Below are positions 59,451 to 64,000 of a DNA stretch of 64,000 nucleotides, one piece after another (the first letter of the stretch is position 1; the number at the start of each line of letters is the position of its first letter). Source of the DNA: Lama glama. Its lineage: Eukaryota. The notes under the pieces were generated by a model. It worked only from the letters and a program-made list of their open reading frames with translations. It made no database searches and was not told where the DNA came from. Both the position numbers and the translations under genes were made by a program. The stretch spans positions 46,378,001 through 46,442,000 of the forward strand of contig CM052818.1 of the NCBI GenBank assembly GCA_028534125.1. The letters run 5' to 3'.

Positions 59451-62400
59451 AGCAAATAGATGAATGTAAGCACATCACTTCATCCTACACAATAACTTCA
59501 GGTGGCTTCCTTTCACATCTGTCATTTTCCTTGATTCTTGAATAACTTCTGAAGGGCTAGACTCCTTTTTGAACTTGAGAGGGGAAAGGCCCAGAGAGTG
59601 TTAATGGGATAGGTCCACTGGCGGGAGGCCACGTGGCGTGTCTGGGCAGAACTGGATGGAACCCAGATCTGGGCACTGGTCACTCTCACCCTTATTCAGA
59701 AACCTTGGGGGTGGACACACATGCATGCGCACACATAATAACTGGGGGATGGAAGGGTCCCAGGCCCGAGTGCAGGACAGTGTGCTATAGATGGTAACAG
59801 TCATGCCACTTTCTTTACAGACACCCCCCACCCCCAAACCGCCCCTGGCCCTGGGGAGATGCCTGTGGAGCAGGAAGCTTTGACTTTGACATTCCTGACA
59901 TTTCAGTGTCCGCCAACCATGGTGACCACAGTCTCGGAACAGTCCCCGAGGCGGCTGGCCAGCTGAAGTCTTGTTGCAGGAAGTGCCTGAGGGTTGGAGG
60001 GGGGTCCTCACAGCTCCCAGAGCCTTCCTGGGGGCTTCTGGGCTCCCCCCATGCCCCCACGCCCCCTAGCACCCACCACTCTGGCCGGCTTTTCCCTCCT
60101 GTTCCCCTGACAAGGCCTGACCACTGAATGGCCATTTTCCGTGTCTGCATCTCAAACAGCTGCGAAGGTAAAATTTCAGAAAGGACCCACTCTTCTTTGG
60201 GGTCATGAGAATTAGATGCTCCTCGAGTCCCTCTCTCTGTCCGTCCTGCCCTGAATGGAGAGTGTGCGCGCGGGTTCACCCTGGCAGCTAGACTCTGCTG
60301 AGCTCCCACACCCACCTCCTGGCCAGGCTCCAGCAGCCACCCGACTGCTCCTCAGACCTGCGGCTCCTCGCCTGCTCTGGCCCTCCTGCCTGGTGCCTTC
60401 TCTTCTGGATGCCTGGCCCCTTGGGTTCTGCCCACACCCTCCTTCCTGCCCCAGCTCAGAGGGGAGGGCTCACCCTCCAGGAGGGAGCAAGCGGCCCCTT
60501 GCTGCTCCTGCCCCTGCTGTTTACACATTCTGGCACTTTCTGTGCAGCCCAGAGCCACCTCAGCTCCCGGGATTAAGTCATGGGGCTTTTGCGAGGCTCC
60601 GGCTCAGCCGAGGGGCCGCAGGTGTTTCCTGTACATCTGATAACATCTGCTTGTGCTCCGGTGGGCCGGGCAGAGAGAGAGAGAGCCGCTGGGGACCGGA
60701 GACTGCGCCCGTCGGTTCTGCTGGGGCTGCGCCCCTCTCTGCGGTGTCAGGGCCCTGCTGGGTGTGCCGGGCCCCTTTCGGGCTGGCCACTCAGTGGAAC
60801 TCTGTGAGGAATAAGCCCAGGAGGGAAGGACAGTGAGGATGATGCCCTGGTAGTGGAGGAGACCACCGGGGCTGCATGTCTGTCTGCCTTTGCCACTCAG
60901 GAAGCCCTTCCGTCTCATTGGACCCCAGGTCCTTCATCCGTGTTGGAGGCGATGGACTCTGCATCTCTCAGATACAATTTTGCTTTTTCATACAATTTAG
61001 GTTGTTCCTATAATTTAGACTCCCAGGACACCTGTGAAGGCAGCGGTGTGTTGGCCGATCAGCCATACCCTCTCTGCAAACCTCCTCCTTCCCGTGCCTT
61101 CCCCTCATCTCGCAGCACCCCAGATGGCCCTCTAGGGGTCTGATGTAGGACTGAGCCACCACGAAGGCCATCACGGCACAGAGTTTGCACCCAGGGAGGG
61201 GCGATGCTTAACCCAAAGCGTGAGCCACAACCACGGTGTTGGAGGTCCCTGCAGGGAAGGAGTGGGGCTTGCTGAATCCTCCAGAGCCTCCATCTGCGCG
61301 ACTTGCAGGCGGAGTCCCGAGCCCAGGGACATCTCCACAGGGTAGAGGCAGCAAAGGGCCACTGCATTTCCCCTGGCTCCTTGCAACGTGGGCTCTTTGG
61401 AGACTGTTTGTATTTCACTTCCTGGCCTTGCTGCCAAGCATTCTCCAGCCTCCAGAGCGGCCCGGCAGGTTCAGCTAAGGATTCTGACCACTGCTGCCTT
61501 TGTCCCCAGAATATCAAGTAGGCTTGGGCAGCCGCGGCCAAAGCTTCCTGTCCCCACAGCTGCCACCTCTGCTGGGGGCCGGGCGCATCAGCTCTTCCCA
61601 AATCCAAACCATCTTCGGGTAGCATTCAGGCCACTGGAGTGGATCTGGGTTTTGTCCATTTGCGTGGGTTCAGCCTCTAGAGCTCAAAATGGCATGAATG
61701 ACAGAGACAGAATATTCATCCGAGGAAAGTGGGCAGACACACCTGCATGCCTATCCGTCTCCCAGGAAGGACGCTCCCTGGGCAGAGCACGTCGCTGTGA
61801 ACAATGTCACTGGGTCCCTGTCTCCTGAGTGGCTCTAACTTCAGATACAAGCACGTGTTAATTACGGAAGAGCATCCAAGCTCCCAAACTGATCACGTTT
61901 CCATGAAGTTTCCCATCTTAGTTTTCTCCAACTCCTTAAAATAGGTACATTTGCTTTTATGTAGAAATGATATTTTCAATCCACTTCATTTACTGATTTC
62001 TCCCCAAGTCTTTGAGTAAACTGACACGTCAAGAAGATCCACCACATCCACCTGCCTGGCCCCACAAGTACCCCAGTTTGAGAAGCAAGGAAAGAACAAA
62101 TGATTTCCCCTGGAAGGTGCAGTGATCACTTGTTCTCCGACTTCTCCCCCAACCCACTCACCGTAGGTGTTGTGCACAGATCAAGACTCGGGCTCCCCTC
62201 TCCCTCCCCACATCCTGCTGCCGACACTTGCCCTTCGTTTTCACATTTAAAGCTTAAGAATCAGAACGCAGGTAAATTCTCCCCCAAGGGGTCCTGCTTT
62301 CAGCAGATATTCACTCTAGATGCACCAGAGGGGGAATGAGAGATTTTAAGGAGATGCTTTAAGGGTCTTACCCAGGTGCCCCTTAAAGGGTCCTCCACGT

Positions 62401-62890
62401 TAGGATGACAGAATAATTAACAAAAGGGTGGGGAGTGGGGGACAGGAGCCCTGGTCAGCTGGTGACCACATGCTGGTTCTGTGGCCCCACACCAGAAGAC
62501 CAGAGCTTTGCACATACCGGAGCTCAGCAAAGTTTGAGCTGTTGAGCTGTTCTGCTTCTGAGAATTCTGCTGTGAGCTGGTTTTGAGATGAGTTAAGGCC
62601 GTGGGACCCAAGGCCACGATCGGAGCATGTTTATAGTATGCAGTAAATAATTGCTCCATGCATGCATCAATTATATAAGATTTAGAACAAAGAAAATAGA
62701 AGTACGCATGTGCTATTCTGTAAGCCTAATGAACAAAGAAACTCAGACAGCGCATGTGTTGACAAAAAACAGATAAATGTAGGACAGGTGCATCATAGGC
62801 GTGCACCTCCCTGTGGCAATAAAGTGTTAACCCCATGGTGTCTCCAGCTGAAGTCTGTCCGGCGGTATGGCAACTCCTCGTGCATTTTTT

Positions 62891-63429
62891 CGTTTGGGCC
62901 GCTCACCACCTAGAACCCCACATCAGCCTCCCTCGGCCGACATCTGCTCTGGTCAATGATCAGGCCAACCAAGATGGCTGTACTCTGGCTTTCTGTGCAC
63001 CCCGTGCCCAGCCAGTGCCTGCTTCACCTACACCTGACTCACATGACTGACCTCCCTACATACTTGCCCCCACCCCAGCTAATGATTGTTCTAAATTTAG
63101 ATCAGAGCATCTCCTCCGTGATAGCTTATCAAAGGGGTGGTGAGGGGTGTGGCCTTCTGCTAGTTTCCCTGGTAACTGATGAGCCAGCCTGACACTGATT
63201 CCCACTATGATTGGTAACCTCTCTCTACCCCCAGGAGCAAAGCCTGCCGCCACATCCTGCCTGCCATCTGCCACACGATATGAGGGGTCACTGCAGGTCC
63301 TTGCGTCAGACATGTAAGCCCCAACATTTCCATTAAACCATTGATGTCTCTGTCTCCGACCCTGGGCTCTCTTTGGTCTTGAAGCTGGGCGAGTGTCGGC
63401 CTTACCGGCCTGCAGGGTTCAGCCCAGCA
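62891..63429 (+). mobile_element. ERV solo LTR (laurasiatherian type)
   Basis: Inverted-complementary termini '(c)gtttgggc...gcccagca'; 'ctagtttccctggtaactgatgagcc'; ATTAAA poly(A) signal; 'ggctctctttggtcttgaagctgggc'. Confidence 0.7.
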
Positions 63430-63699
63430 CCAGTGGACGTGGTGTGTGCGGAGAGTTGTGGTGTGAGTCTCGGTGCTTGATGAATGTTGGGTAAACCTGA
63501 ATCCGAATCCAGGAGCCAAGTGGGCCTCCTTGGCAGCGAGGCGTGGGGAGGGCTGGTTTTCTTTGAACTACCACCCTGGTTGTGGTTGCTGGAGAGACAG
63601 AGGTGGGGATGCTGTTTGAGGACCCAGAGTCACGAGGCACCGGCGCACGGGCTTGGGTGGCCCCGGCAGGAGGCCAGGCGAGAGTGGTGACGAGGAGCC

Positions 63700-63930
63700 G
63701 GGACATTGGGCAGGACCTGGCGCAGGACGTGTTGGTCGTGTTGGAGTCTGAGTCTCATCCTGAAGGTTCTGAGAGGCCGATAGAAAATTTTCAGTGGAGA
63801 AATTTCATTCCCCGCTTTCTAGTTCAGGAAGAAGCCCTGGCTCGGCCTGGAGAGAGTGGGTTAGAGGGAAGGAAGACGGGGAGGCGGGGAACCTGGCTCC
63901 GAGGCTGTTGCAGCAACGCAGCTGAGAGAC
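63700..63930 (-). mobile_element. Probable L2 remnant
   Basis: 'ggagtctgagtctcatcctgaagg...gaaaattttcagtggagaaat...ccctggct' resembles antisense L2. Confidence 0.45.
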
Positions 63931-64000
63931 CGGGGCTCCAGAGCAGCCTGAGCTTTTGTCTTTTCTGAGAAAAAAAGGCCTCAGGATGAGGGTCGTGGGC

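Noticed and set aside
60255..60836. Longest ORF (193 aa) as a single-exon gene
   Set aside because: No recognisable homology and no supporting promoter or poly(A) structure; open frames of this length are expected in GC-rich DNA
61560..61575. Additional CTCF site (minus strand CCAGCAGAGGTGGCAG)
   Set aside because: Two extra bases break the core spacing; the weaker match near 25963-25976 was also rejected
1..64000. The many 60-190 aa ORFs in the six-frame track as genes
   Set aside because: They overlap on both strands, often start at non-ATG codons, have GC-driven Pro/Gly/Ser/Leu composition, frequently lie in repeats, and show no domain I recognise

Overview
This is mammalian genomic DNA, almost certainly from a camelid (camel, alpaca or vicuna). 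The evidence is four copies of the camelid tRNA-derived vic-1-type SINE plus artiodactyl-type L1 3' ends; I saw no Alu, B1, Bov-A or PRE-1 copies. I recognise no protein-coding gene: the only ORF-track peptides with identifiable homology are decayed LINE-1 ORF1/ORF2 fragments. The window reads as GC-rich intergenic or deep-intronic DNA, densely filled with old eutherian repeats (MIR, L2, L1M, MaLR/ERVL/ERV1 LTRs, hAT and Tigger MITEs), several of them nested. Between the repeats lie unique islands with clustered transcription-factor motifs. The best non-repeat signals are a cluster of three strong CTCF motifs at 31.5-36.5 kb, a CArG/MCAT/E-box module at 5.8 kb, and a few candidate unannotated exons (10.7-10.9 kb minus; 23.0-23.6 kb plus with a possible 39-aa spliced small ORF; 54.1 kb). 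I found no convincing evidence of a novel biological system. Repeat family names come from recalled consensus sequences, boundaries are approximate unless target-site duplications (TSDs) are given, and the MIR/L2 list is not exhaustive.
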